64,000 nucleotides of DNA, taken from the NCBI GenBank assembly GCA_032128875.1, contig JAVLKG010000013.1:45610-109609 (forward strand), written 5' to 3'. Shown here in pieces: positions 1 through 9,980 of the stretch. Source of the DNA: Candidatus Melainabacteria bacterium 17Bon1m (GTDB lineage: Bacteria > Cyanobacteriota > Vampirovibrionia > Obscuribacterales > Obscuribacteraceae). A program made the position numbers and the translations under genes. The notes below the pieces were generated by a model that had not been told where the DNA came from, ran no database searches, and was given only the letters and a program-made list of their open reading frames with translations. Numbering within the stretch: position 1 is the first letter of the stretch; each line of letters begins with the position of its first letter.

Positions 1-2018
1 CGATCAAGCACCGGAAGCTTTTCTTGCTCGTCGACACCGAAGGAATGGTGCCGGGCAAGAACGAGCAGGGATTTGGCTTGTTTGCCGATGATACGCGCTG
101 GTTGAGCAAGTGGGACATGTCGCTGGGCGGCTTGTCTCTGCTGCCGCTTAATCGCAACGTCGACGAGGGCTTTGCTGCCCACTTCGTCTACGCCAATCGC
201 GCCTTCCCCGGCGCAGTCGAGCAGAGCATCAAGGTCGACCGCGAGTTGGTCTTGAACGATGCTTTGATCGAACGAGTAACTGTCACCAACTACAGCCAGA
301 AGACAGTCGAAACGGAGCTGGCGGTTGTCGTCGGCTGCGATTTCGCGGATATGTTCGAGGTGCGCGGGGCCAACAGACCCAAGCGCGGAACCCTGCGCCG
401 TCCAGTTCTTCGTGGCAATCGACTGACGCTGGGCTATGTAGGACTCGACAATGTGCTGCGCGAGACGTCGATTCTTGTCCGCACAAGCACGCAGAATACG
501 ACCGTCGGCTTCGATGATCGCATGCTGCGCGTGCCTCTCACGCTGAAGCCTGGCGAGCCGGCGTCTGTCGAGTTCGTCGTGCGCGCTCGTGTGAATGGCA
601 AGTTCGACATCGCGCGTACACCGCGTTCGTTCGAGCGCGAAATTGCTTCTGCTCGCAAAGCTTATAGCAACTTCGTCGCCACGACCGGTTCGGTCTCGAC
701 GGACAACCCGCAGTTCAACGCTATCTTCGCGCGTGCGCTTCGCGATATCTACATACTACGGCAGGAAAGCCCGCGCGGCAACGCTATTGCTGCAGGCGTT
801 CCGTGGTTCGCCGTGCCGTTTGGACGCGACTCTGCCATTACTGCGCTGCAGACGGTGCCATTCATGCCGGAAGTCTCACGCGATGTGCTGCGTGTGCTTG
901 CTGCCTATCAGGGCGAGAAGCACGACAAAGTTACAGCGGAGGAAGCCGGCAAGATCATGCACGAGCTGCGCACCGGCGAGATGGCACTTCTCAAGGAAGT
1001 GGCATTCCGTCCCTATTTTGGAACCGTCGACGCCACTCAGCTCTGGCTGATGTTGCTCGCCGAGTACGTACGCTGGACCGGTGATCTCGCGCTCGCGAAG
1101 GAGCTTTGGCCCAATGTCGAACGCGCTCTGGCTTTTCTTGAGGCTGCCACTGCAGGCGGTTACATCCGTTATGGTGGTGTGGCGGGCGAGGCTCTGAGCA
1201 ACCAGGGTTGGAAGGACTCCGGCAACTCCATTGTCTTCAAGGATGGAACCCTCGGCAAAGCTCCGATCGCTGTCTGCGAAGCGCAAGGCTACTTGTACTC
1301 CGCATGGAAAGGCATCGCTACCGTCGCGCGCCAGCTCGGCAAGTGGTCGCTTTGCTTCAAGCTTGGACAGCGCGCCGACAAGCTGCGCGACGCGTTCCAG
1401 AAGGATTTCTGGATGCCGGAGCAATCGTTCGTTGCCATCGCTCTCGACGGTGAAAACCGCCAGTGCGATGCTGTTTCGTCCAATCCTGGTCACTTGCTCG
1501 GCACTGGCATTCTCACGCCGGAGCAAGAAGCAGCGGTTGCGGATCGGCTGATGGCGCCTGATATGTTCTGTGGTTGGGGCATTCGCACTCTCTCGAGCAG
1601 CGAGCGCGCCTATCAACCGATGGACTACCAGGTGGGCGCAGTCTGGCCGCACGACAATGGCTTTGCCATCGAAGGACTGGCGAAACTCGGTAGGCATGCT
1701 GATGCGCACCGTGTCTTCGAAGGACTGATCGCGTCCGCTTCAGCGCAGAGTGATTTGCGATTGCCCGAACTCTTCGCTGGTTTCGACCGCGCCGGACACA
1801 AAGAGCCTGTTCGCTACCCGGTTGCTTGCGTCCCGCAAGCCTGGGCGGCTGGCAGTGTTTTCCAAATCATCAAAGCTTGTCTGAACATGCAGCCCAATTC
1901 GAAGACCGGCACAATCGACTGTGGCGGCGCTTCAATGCCTGCTTGGCTAGGTCAGGTTGTGGTGAAACGGATTCAGGTCGGCGACAAGAAAGTCGATTTG
2001 CATTTGCCTTTGAACTAA
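1..2018 (+). CDS. Glycogen debranching enzyme / amylo-alpha-1,6-glucosidase (COG3408-like), 5'-truncated by the window edge
   Basis: Frame is open from base 3. N-terminal GLFxxDTRWLS and DFADMFEVRG motifs; C-terminal AGVPWF..FGRDS, GKIMHELR, YFGTVDAT, NQGWKDS, VWPHDN, RLPELF and YPVACVPQAWAA motifs. Confidence 0.9.
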   Translation, partial: IKHRKLFLLVDTEGMVPGKNEQGFGLFADDTRWLSKWDMSLGGLSLLPLNRNVDEGFAAHFVYANRAFPGAVEQSIKVDRELVLNDALIERVTVTNYSQKTVETELAVVVGCDFADMFEVRGANRPKRGTLRRPVLRGNRLTLGYVGLDNVLRETSILVRTSTQNTTVGFDDRMLRVPLTLKPGEPASVEFVVRARVNGKFDIARTPRSFEREIASARKAYSNFVATTGSVSTDNPQFNAIFARALRDIYILRQESPRGNAIAAGVPWFAVPFGRDSAITALQTVPFMPEVSRDVLRVLAAYQGEKHDKVTAEEAGKIMHELRTGEMALLKEVAFRPYFGTVDATQLWLMLLAEYVRWTGDLALAKELWPNVERALAFLEAATAGGYIRYGGVAGEALSNQGWKDSGNSIVFKDGTLGKAPIAVCEAQGYLYSAWKGIATVARQLGKWSLCFKLGQRADKLRDAFQKDFWMPEQSFVAIALDGENRQCDAVSSNPGHLLGTGILTPEQEAAVADRLMAPDMFCGWGIRTLSSSERAYQPMDYQVGAVWPHDNGFAIEGLAKLGRHADAHRVFEGLIASASAQSDLRLPELFAGFDRAGHKEPVRYPVACVPQAWAAGSVFQIIKACLNMQPNSKTGTIDCGGASMPAWLGQVVVKRIQVGDKKVDLHLPLN

Positions 2019-2130
2019 CGTGGCGGCGCATTTTCGCGCCTGCAGACAACAAGGGTGATGCACGCCATCGCCTTTAGATAAGACCGGTCGAAGCATGGTG
2101 TCGACCTTACAGATAATTGGGAGAACAACA

Positions 2131-2670
2131 ATGTCACAGCATTTGCATCCTTATGTGCACCCAAAGCTGGTGGCGAAGATTCGTGACTTCGCTGCCGGGC
2201 AAATCAATGGGGCTGCGCATGGTTCGCACGACAAGATGTTTACGCAGAAGTGGCAGGACATCAAGGCGCAGGGCGAGCATCTCGCTGCCTTCGCGTCGGA
2301 GCTGACCGGCAAAACGGTGAAGGGACACGAAGATACCCTCGCCGCGCTCTTCACGCCGGAAGCTCTCGCCTACATCGAGCTGAAGTGCCTGAACACCTAC
2401 TGGTTCTGGTATTTGATCTCGAAGGTCAACACGCGCAACCTCAAGTTCAACGAGGCTGCCATTGCGCGCGCTCATGCACGCGTCAAGGACAGCATCAACG
2501 ACACTCGCTACGGCTTCAACTTCATCGAGCCGTCGCCGTTGGAGCACCAGCTCAAGGGCTTGCCTCCCGGCTTCGTCTTCGAGATGTGGCACAAGGGACG
2601 TTTGCTCGCCGAATATCGTCCCTCTGGCGACTACAAGACGCTTCTCAACCCGCTTCTGATCGACGATTGA
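2131..2670 (+). CDS. Hypothetical protein
   Basis: GGGAGA RBS before ATG 2131; GC3-rich codon usage; no recognisable motif. Confidence 0.7.
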   Translation: MSQHLHPYVHPKLVAKIRDFAAGQINGAAHGSHDKMFTQKWQDIKAQGEHLAAFASELTGKTVKGHEDTLAALFTPEALAYIELKCLNTYWFWYLISKVNTRNLKFNEAAIARAHARVKDSINDTRYGFNFIEPSPLEHQLKGLPPGFVFEMWHKGRLLAEYRPSGDYKTLLNPLLIDD

Positions 2671-2711
2671 TTAGAAGTGCCATTCCCCCCTCATGTTTGT
2701 TGGGAGAACAG

Positions 2712-3305
2712 ATGAACAACACCGAGAACGAAAACACTCAGCACCAGACTGCTGATGCTGATGTGCGCCCGCCGCCGCGCCGCCGCAAAACCTTCAGCGA
2801 AGTCGCTGACGACCTGCTCTTCGCCACTCGATGGGTGCTCTATCCGATTAATTTCGGGTTGGTTTTGGCGCTCACCGTATACCTGCTGAAGTTCCTCTTC
2901 CAGGTTGGCGAGCTGCTCTACAACGCCAAAGAACACATCTTTGGTCACGGCGCCGGTCATTCGCAGTTGATGATCGAGATGGTCAGCTTGCTTGACCAAG
3001 CTATGATCGCATCGCTGATGATCCTCACGATCATGGGCGGTCATCAGATCTATGTGAGTCGCTTCAAGTCAAGGCGCGCCGATCAGACACCGCAGTGGCT
3101 TGATCACATCGACACGATCATGCTCAAGGTCAAGCTGGGGCTAGCCTTTGTCGGCGTCTCCAGCGTCGTGTTGCTGCAGGATTGCTTGAGCGCCACCGCT
3201 GTTCCGCATGACGTGTGGATTCAGCATCTGGTCATCCATGCGACATTCCTGGGCACCACGCTGGTGATCGCTCTGGTCTGGCGCATAATGCATCCCAAGC
3301 AGTAG
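2712..3305 (+). CDS. UPF0114/YqhA-like membrane protein
   Basis: GGGAGA RBS before ATG 2712; LFATRW..P..GL, L.D..MIA.L..GG...YVS, WL.HID...LKVKL and H..FL motifs; about 4 TM segments. Confidence 0.85.
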   Translation: MNNTENENTQHQTADADVRPPPRRRKTFSEVADDLLFATRWVLYPINFGLVLALTVYLLKFLFQVGELLYNAKEHIFGHGAGHSQLMIEMVSLLDQAMIASLMILTIMGGHQIYVSRFKSRRADQTPQWLDHIDTIMLKVKLGLAFVGVSSVVLLQDCLSATAVPHDVWIQHLVIHATFLGTTLVIALVWRIMHPKQ

Positions 3306-3367
3306 GGTTGTTGCATTGACTGCCAGCTAAGAAAAACAAGACTGGCAGCGTTTCACTGAATGTTTTG

Positions 3368-3415
3368 GAAACCTTGGTCTCCTCCCCGGAAGGCCAAGGT
3401 TTTCTTTTTCTTTTT
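3368..3415 (+). terminator. Intrinsic terminator
   Basis: GAAACCTTGGTCT...AGGCCAAGGTTTT stem followed by a T-rich tract, downstream of the 1-3305 gene group. Confidence 0.6.
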
Positions 3416-3575
3416 GAAGGAAAACGACAAAAGGTAGTAGGGCTTTGGTAGTGAGAGTAGTCTTTATGCAAAGTAACTTTCTGTCTGAAATTGAGGGCCG
3501 GCGCTTTTCATTGCCTGTACAATTTCATCTGCGCATTTCATTGAAATACGCGGCGACTCACCATTTGGGATTCAT

Positions 3576-4199
3576 ATGGCAGAAATCAAAGCGGTCGTTT
3601 TCGATTTTGGATGCGTCCTTGCATACGAGCATCTCGATTCGGATTTAGAGGAGATGGCTGATTGCCTCGGTTTGAACGTGCATGTTTTGAGGGAGGCCTA
3701 CTGGCACCACCGGCACGATTACGATTCCGGAATTAGTCTGAGTCCTGCTTATTTCAAGCAAGTCGCCGAGAAGTGCGGCGTAGAAATTACTCCTGAGCAG
3801 ATCAAACGCTGCGTAGAAATAGATAACAAAGGTTGGAGTCGACCTATTCATGAGATTGTTGATTGGGCGAATCGTCTGAAGGCTCAAGGATTCAAAATTG
3901 CGATCCTATCCAACATGCCACAAGACTTTCGTGACTTTCTGCCGGAAATTGCATGGTTGCCTGAGTTTCATCATGCGACTTATTCGTGTGAATTGAAAAC
4001 CGTCAAGCCTTATCACGATATCTATCACCATTGCCTCGAGGGACTTGGTGTATCACCTGAGAATGTTCTATTTATCGATGACCGTCTGCCCAACATCGAA
4101 GCAGCTAAGGAACTCGGTTGGCAGGGATTTGTCTTTACGAACGCAAAAGAGTTGCACGAGTTTCTCAAAAACTCTAACCTGCCGCCGGTCTTAGTGTAG
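3576..4199 (+). CDS. HAD-superfamily phosphatase (subfamily IA)
   Basis: Motif I FDFGCVL, ILSN, KP..IY and LFIDD..NIEAA..LG. Confidence 0.9.
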   Translation: MAEIKAVVFDFGCVLAYEHLDSDLEEMADCLGLNVHVLREAYWHHRHDYDSGISLSPAYFKQVAEKCGVEITPEQIKRCVEIDNKGWSRPIHEIVDWANRLKAQGFKIAILSNMPQDFRDFLPEIAWLPEFHHATYSCELKTVKPYHDIYHHCLEGLGVSPENVLFIDDRLPNIEAAKELGWQGFVFTNAKELHEFLKNSNLPPVLV

Positions 4200-4202
4200 C
4201 CT

Positions 4203-4916
4203 CTAATACCGTACTAAACGTTCAGACATTTTGGCGCGTTCTCTCCAGAATGAATCATCGAATTCGCTGGAGAATTTATTCATTAGCACCTTCATGCGCT
4301 CCATTTTTCGCCGTAGCACAGCATCTGTCTTCGCGAGCTTTTCAATGCCTTTGTAATCAACAATCATGTGCGAAAAAGTATCCGCTTTGTCTTCATGCAC
4401 GGCTGTCATTGCATACGTGGAGACGAAACCTTTAGAGGAGGCTTTAAATAGTTGATTGGGCAGATGATCGTCTTTATAGATGAAGTTGGGATGGTTGAGT
4501 TTCTTCCAGTGATTGTCGTACATGCCGTTGATGTCGTCGGAGTCATCGATTAAATGATAAAGCTCGTGGTGAATCACCGAACGTGCATACGAATCTAGTG
4601 GCGCATCAACATTGATGAGGATGTTGTTTCCCAGAAGCACTGAAAAAATCCACTTTGGTTCGGCAAGACCGGCTCTCTTTTTTCCGCTCGAAACTAAATT
4701 CTTGCAAAGAATGATTTTCCTCAAGTTGCTCTTTTTGAGTACCTTCTTTGAATACAGAGATAGTTCTTTGGAAAGAAACGATTCAATATAGGCGCTCGTC
4801 TTTTCTTCGTCCGCTTCGAGGTACGCGACATCGATTTCTAGACTATCTTTGGCGGCGACTACGGACACGCCAAACTTTTTTTTGAACTCTTCAATAATTT
4901 GTTTTTGAGTGCTCAT
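4203..4916 (-). CDS. Putative zinc-dependent metallopeptidase (HExxH)
   Basis: IHHELYHLID motif plus downstream GFVSTYA...EDKADTF; AT-rich gene. Confidence 0.7.
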   Translation of the reverse strand: MSTQKQIIEEFKKKFGVSVVAAKDSLEIDVAYLEADEEKTSAYIESFLSKELSLYSKKVLKKSNLRKIILCKNLVSSGKKRAGLAEPKWIFSVLLGNNILINVDAPLDSYARSVIHHELYHLIDDSDDINGMYDNHWKKLNHPNFIYKDDHLPNQLFKASSKGFVSTYAMTAVHEDKADTFSHMIVDYKGIEKLAKTDAVLRRKMERMKVLMNKFSSEFDDSFWRERAKMSERLVRY

Positions 4917-5174
4917 GTATCCAGTATGTTCAAGCGGTTCGTTAACGCATTAATTGCCCTGATTTCTTTAAACATTTCCGGGTCTGGCACTCCGGCCACA
5001 CTCGGTTTCCCGTCTCGATTTACTTAATGCCCGCAAGCGCCAATCGCCGCCGGCCTTTCGTGGTTTTCTCCGGAAAAGTTTTGCACTGTGATGTGATTGT
5101 GATGTTGCCACCCGATACTTCAGCCATCCCCCACCGCTACCGCTACGAGCGAGTCGGTTTCTGAGGTTCTAAAT

Positions 5175-6146
5175 ATGGTTTCTCATGTTTCTGATTCTTC
5201 CTTTCACCCAGACCCGCGTGAGACAGGCAAAGACAGTCTCGCTGACCAGGTTCTTGCGAAGCTTCAAGATGAATCCCTAACTTCAGCATTCAATTTTATG
5301 AAGTCCTCCGTGCAAAATGTGTATGCCGGCCGAGATGAAGACCACGACGGTGTGCTCGATTTACGCGACAGACGCGATGATGTCCCGATGAACGATAAGG
5401 AAAAGCAGGAGTTCTGGACGTCGCTGTCAAAGGAATTGGAAGAGAAAAGACCGGGAGTTCTGAAAAATCTTTCCGCTGTTTGGCTCAAAGATTTTAAAAC
5501 CACTGAATTGAAAACGATGCCGTTCGAAGCTGACTACGTTCAGCAAATCGCAAACAACGGCAAGGCAATGAACAAGACATTTGCCGGTGAAGCGCTAAAA
5601 GATCTGCCCAACATCAAAGCTCTCAACCGCAACGATGACATTATTGACGACATCGAATTAGACAAAAACATTCAAAGACAAAAGCAAATTCCACGCGAGC
5701 AGTTTGTGACCGACATCATCAATAAAGCGCTTACAGACAGCCAAACGAGCCCGCTTAAGGCGGTAGATGCGATTTATGCATCGCTCAAACAAAGAGGGCA
5801 AACTGAAACTCAGGCTGAAAGAGTAGCTTCATTTGCCGCAGTCGCTGACGCATTGAAAGAACATCCGGACCTGGCTGCGAAGCTCTCGATGGGTTACATG
5901 CAGCGCAACTTCAAGGATGTAGACACTAACTACGGCGAGCACAAAGAGGACTACAGAATCTCCAAGGAAGAGCTTAACGACTTCACTCCAGACAGCATTG
6001 GAAAGGTTTTTATCAACTACGTGAAAGCTAACTTCGACTCAATTGCCAGCACATCGACCTACGACAAATATCTGAATTCACAGAATTTGACTGCTGACGA
6101 ATTGAACAATCACATCAACCGCTTAAAGCGTAAAGGCGGGAATTAA
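5175..6146 (+). CDS. Hypothetical acidic protein with EF-hand-like loops
   Basis: GAGG RBS; DEDHDGVLDLRD, DIIDDIEL and RISKEEL segments resemble Ca-binding loops. Confidence 0.7.
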   Translation: MVSHVSDSSFHPDPRETGKDSLADQVLAKLQDESLTSAFNFMKSSVQNVYAGRDEDHDGVLDLRDRRDDVPMNDKEKQEFWTSLSKELEEKRPGVLKNLSAVWLKDFKTTELKTMPFEADYVQQIANNGKAMNKTFAGEALKDLPNIKALNRNDDIIDDIELDKNIQRQKQIPREQFVTDIINKALTDSQTSPLKAVDAIYASLKQRGQTETQAERVASFAAVADALKEHPDLAAKLSMGYMQRNFKDVDTNYGEHKEDYRISKEELNDFTPDSIGKVFINYVKANFDSIASTSTYDKYLNSQNLTADELNNHINRLKRKGGN

Positions 6147-6318
6147 AAGGTTTTTGGGAGGATGAGGTTGAAGCGCGGTAAAACGCGCTTTGATCTTCCC
6201 AAGGCGCTACTATAGCATGTGGCAGTAAGCGTTAAAGCAGAAAGGCACGATGAAAGAAGAGCGTTGAAGCCCCTTTTCACCGTGCCCCCTGTTAGACCTT
6301 ATTGCGGTCTATGTCCGA

Positions 6319-7161
6319 TTAGCCGAGACGACGCTTGGTCTCTTTCTCGGCAAGTTCGGACAGCTGCTTTATCTCGTTGAAGATGATGTCCGTCGCAGCG
6401 TCCAAGTCGTCCGGAAGGTCTGCAAGCGGAATCGGCTTCCCGAAGGCTACTGTGGCACCGAATGTGGTTTCGTTGAACCAGTCCGAGAACCAACGAATGC
6501 CGAACATTCGCGCTATCCTGAAGAGGATCGTGGCATGCTTCGAATCACGATCGTAGTAGATGCCGACAGGCAGCACCGCGAAGGGCAGTTCGCTCTTCTT
6601 GGCGGCATGCTTGCCGATCATCAACGCTCCGGCGAAGAAGTCTTCGCGGCGCAGCGTGTTGTCGCGGATCAGGCGACCTTGGGGAAACACAACGAGAGAG
6701 CTGTCTTTCTCCGCGCTCATTGCCCGCATCGCTGTGCGAACGGCGGCGGAGGGGTTGCGGTCGTGATGCACGGCGATACCGCCCAGCCAAGCTGCAAACG
6801 GTGCTCGCAGCGCGGTTATCTGGTTGATCGCCATCAAGAAGCGAAAGTGCATCGTGCCGAAGACAGCTGTGACGAGAACCGCGTCCTTTTCAATCTGGTG
6901 GTTGGGCAGCATGAGGAGCCGCCCTTTGAACTTCAGGTTCTCTTTGCCGATGATAATCAGCCGACCCACGCGCAGCCACAGTGCGAAGCGTCCGATGATG
7001 AGTCGCGTTGCACGCGCCCACCACGAGACTTTCGGTGTCATGTAGCCCGGTTGCAGGAGCTTCTTACCTTCGTTGATCCAGTAGCGCACTCGCACGGCGG
7101 CGAGTATGCCGGCGAGCAAAACGGCGCCCGCAATCGCGAAGAGCAGGTGAGTTGTTGTCAT
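6319..7161 (-). CDS. Lysophospholipid (1-acyl-sn-glycerol-3-phosphate) acyltransferase family protein
   Basis: N-terminal TM; HxxxxD motif (NHQIEKD); VVFPQG block; VLPVGI; FGKPI. Start taken at MTTTHLL. Confidence 0.85.
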   Translation of the reverse strand: MTTTHLLFAIAGAVLLAGILAAVRVRYWINEGKKLLQPGYMTPKVSWWARATRLIIGRFALWLRVGRLIIIGKENLKFKGRLLMLPNHQIEKDAVLVTAVFGTMHFRFLMAINQITALRAPFAAWLGGIAVHHDRNPSAAVRTAMRAMSAEKDSSLVVFPQGRLIRDNTLRREDFFAGALMIGKHAAKKSELPFAVLPVGIYYDRDSKHATILFRIARMFGIRWFSDWFNETTFGATVAFGKPIPLADLPDDLDAATDIIFNEIKQLSELAEKETKRRLG

Positions 7162-7228
7162 TTTTTTCTCGTTTTTGAGCCACGGCAAAGGAGGGGGCGA
7201 AAGTGCCCCCTCCGGAATGCGCCTGTGG

Positions 7229-8914
7229 TTAGGCGCCCGCGTTCAGCTCCTTGGCGAGTTTTCTGACTCCCTTGAGGTCGAGCTTGCCGGTCGGTCCGAC
7301 CGGGAAGGCATCTACCTTGTAGAAGTCACCGGCTTTCGGAATCCACAGCTTGGGCACGCCTTCGTCGGCGCCCAGCTTGCCGACTGCCTCTTGCGGAGTG
7401 CAGGGCATGACCGTGTAGAGCACGATGAGGCGCTCGCCACGAGTGGGGTCCGGGACGCTGGTCACGACCAGTTCCATCTCCGTGACGCCCGTGAGCGTGC
7501 GGAGCTTCGCCGCCACCTTCTTGTTGGGCACCATCTCGCCGCCGATCTTGGAGAATTCGTCCAAGCGGTCGACGATGAAGAGGAAGCCGTCGGCATCGAC
7601 GTAGCCGATGTCGCCGGTGCAGTAGATGTCGCCGTCGAGGACCTCGTCGGTCTCCTTCGGGCGGTTGAGGTAGCCCTTCATCACCTGCGGACCGGCGACA
7701 AAAATCAGACCTTCCTGGCCGGAGCCGAAAGGCACGACTTCGCCCGTGTTGATGTCGACGATGGCGATGGCGGTGCCGGCAACGGGCTGCCCGACTGAGC
7801 CGAGCTTGTTACCGTGAACGCGACGTCCGTCGGGCGTCGTCACTTCAGACGGCGAGTTGGCAGCGACGACCGGAGCCAGCTCGGTGCAGCCGAAGCCTTC
7901 CACGGCTTCCAGACCGAGCTTTTCCTTGATGTCGCGGGCGAGCTCAGGCTGCAGCTTTTCCGAGCCCAGCAAGAGCCACCGAACGCTGGCAAACTGCTCT
8001 TTCGTGCAGCGCGCGAGATACGAGCGCATCAGGGTCGGAGTGCACGCCATCAAGGTCGGCTTCTCGGATTCGAGCAGCTTGGCGACGGCACGCGGGTCGA
8101 GCGGACTGATGTGATACGCAGCCGAGCGGCCGAGCGTCGCCATCGTCCAGAGCGTCACGGTGAAGCCGAACGAGTGGAAGAAGGGCAGGATGCCCACCAC
8201 CGCGTCGTTCTCTTCGATGCTGGCATGATTGTTGATCTGGTGGATGTTGGACAGAACGTTACCGTTCGTCAGCATCACACCCTTGGGGTCGCCGGTGGAG
8301 CCGGAGGTGAACATCACGGTGGTGATGTCGTCCGGAGTGGTGCGCATGCCGGGCAGGAATGCACCGAGCAGTGCGGTCGGAACGACCTTGGCGACGAACC
8401 AGCCCCAGGCTTTGTCGGCCTTGGTGATGGCGGTCAGCAGGTCTTCCAGGTAGATCACTTCAGCGTTGAGCTTGAGCTCTTGCTTCTCGACCACCTTGCG
8501 AGACGTGATGATGACCCCGATGTCGCATTGCTTTGCGGCAGCATTGATCACTTCCGACGTCGCGGTGTAGTTCAGGTTGACCGACCACTTGCCGAGCAGT
8601 GTGGTCGCGAAGTTGGCGATCGTCGCCGGCACCGAGGGCGGTACCAGAATGCCGATGGCTTTCTGTCCCTTCACCTTGCGGCTCAGGAAGCGTGCCATCA
8701 CGCACGAGCGAAGGAGCGCATCGGCGAACGTGATGCGTCCTTTCGTCGTGTCCGTGGCGAACAGTTTTTCGGGCGAGCGGCGTGCCTGCTTGACGAAGGC
8801 GGAAGCCAGAGACGTCCAACCCGCCGGAAGGGGCGAGAGCTGTTTCAGCGTGACCATCTGATTGCGTGCCGGGAAGGGGACGCCATACTTGGTCAGTTTG
8901 GGTGAGTTGCTCAC
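7229..8914 (-). CDS. AMP-binding acyl-[ACP]/acyl-CoA synthetase, Aas C-terminal-domain-like
   Basis: MFTSGSTGDPKG AMP-binding signature; LPFFHSFG, EGFGCTE, YCTGDIG and FSKIGGEMV motifs. GTG 8914 has a GGAG RBS. Confidence 0.9.
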   Translation of the reverse strand: MSNSPKLTKYGVPFPARNQMVTLKQLSPLPAGWTSLASAFVKQARRSPEKLFATDTTKGRITFADALLRSCVMARFLSRKVKGQKAIGILVPPSVPATIANFATTLLGKWSVNLNYTATSEVINAAAKQCDIGVIITSRKVVEKQELKLNAEVIYLEDLLTAITKADKAWGWFVAKVVPTALLGAFLPGMRTTPDDITTVMFTSGSTGDPKGVMLTNGNVLSNIHQINNHASIEENDAVVGILPFFHSFGFTVTLWTMATLGRSAAYHISPLDPRAVAKLLESEKPTLMACTPTLMRSYLARCTKEQFASVRWLLLGSEKLQPELARDIKEKLGLEAVEGFGCTELAPVVAANSPSEVTTPDGRRVHGNKLGSVGQPVAGTAIAIVDINTGEVVPFGSGQEGLIFVAGPQVMKGYLNRPKETDEVLDGDIYCTGDIGYVDADGFLFIVDRLDEFSKIGGEMVPNKKVAAKLRTLTGVTEMELVVTSVPDPTRGERLIVLYTVMPCTPQEAVGKLGADEGVPKLWIPKAGDFYKVDAFPVGPTGKLDLKGVRKLAKELNAGA

Positions 8915-9980
8915 GTGTATCTCCATTTCATGGGTAATGCTCGCCTCACGCTGGAACGCTGTGCGTTCTCACATGTGTGAGCGTGAGAGGGAGCGGCGTT
9001 CTTTGAGAAACGCGGAAATGTCGAATGCCCGGCCACATCGCAAAGCGTCCTTCGCGAAGTGAAACCAGACCAAAACACACTCGCCAAGCCGCTATCGCAA
9101 ACGCGACTTGCAAGCTCATCGTCCTGAAATCAACCTCATCTCAAAAAACGCGTTCTCCAACAACGGATATAAATCCGGTGCGTTTGAGCGTTTGAATTCG
9201 ACTGTGGTTTACTCGGGAACGATTTCTTGGAGTGTGTGGAAAAGAAAGACGTTTACTGTCTACCAGCGTGCGCTCTATGTCTCCAACATAATGGTTAAGC
9301 TACTAAAAGATTCGGAAAGCCTTATTTGTTGAGCTTTTAGGCTGCTATCTCCAAAACAAATAAAAATGGTGTCTAACTCATAATTGTCAAGATGTGCAAG
9401 AACTAAGGCTGCAGCCACCTTTTCAGTGGCGCGTCTCGCGCGAATTTTTAGCTGCACTTAAGGTGAAAACGCGTTTGAGCCGTTGGTTTAGCGATGGTTG
9501 GTTGCGCAAGCGGAAAGTGGTCTGGTGAGTCAGGTCTCAAGTGGCACCATCAATTCAAAATTGGAACTCTTAGCGCCGCGATTTTGAGAAGAAAATTGCA
9601 AAACTGAAGACCCGTAACGTAAATGCGAACCCTTTCGAGCGGTTTCGCGCTACCTGCGCTACTGCGATTATCACGGCTTTTCGAGGGTTTTCACTGTTGT
9701 GAAGAGACAACTAATGATACGCCAAGTGGTTTTGCCCGCAGAGCGATCAACGGTCTTTGTAGGTTTCCCCTATCCCGGTCACTTCCAATTCCAACTTCCC
9801 GTCAGTCCTTTTCCGAACCCACGTCAATTTAAAGCGCATGTTCTCTCAGCTCGAAGGCTGTGTTGAGGGCGCACGTGATCGAAAAATGACTGGCAGCACC
9901 GGGACGATTCTTCCCTTGCAAGCGGTTCATGAGCCGTTTGCACAACGACGAACCAGAATTCGTCACAGGAGAAAACCATA

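Noticed and set aside
2250-2711. N-terminal extension of the YqhA-like ORF overlapping 2131-2670
   Set aside because: The extension is Arg/Ala-rich off-frame text; a good RBS supports ATG 2712.
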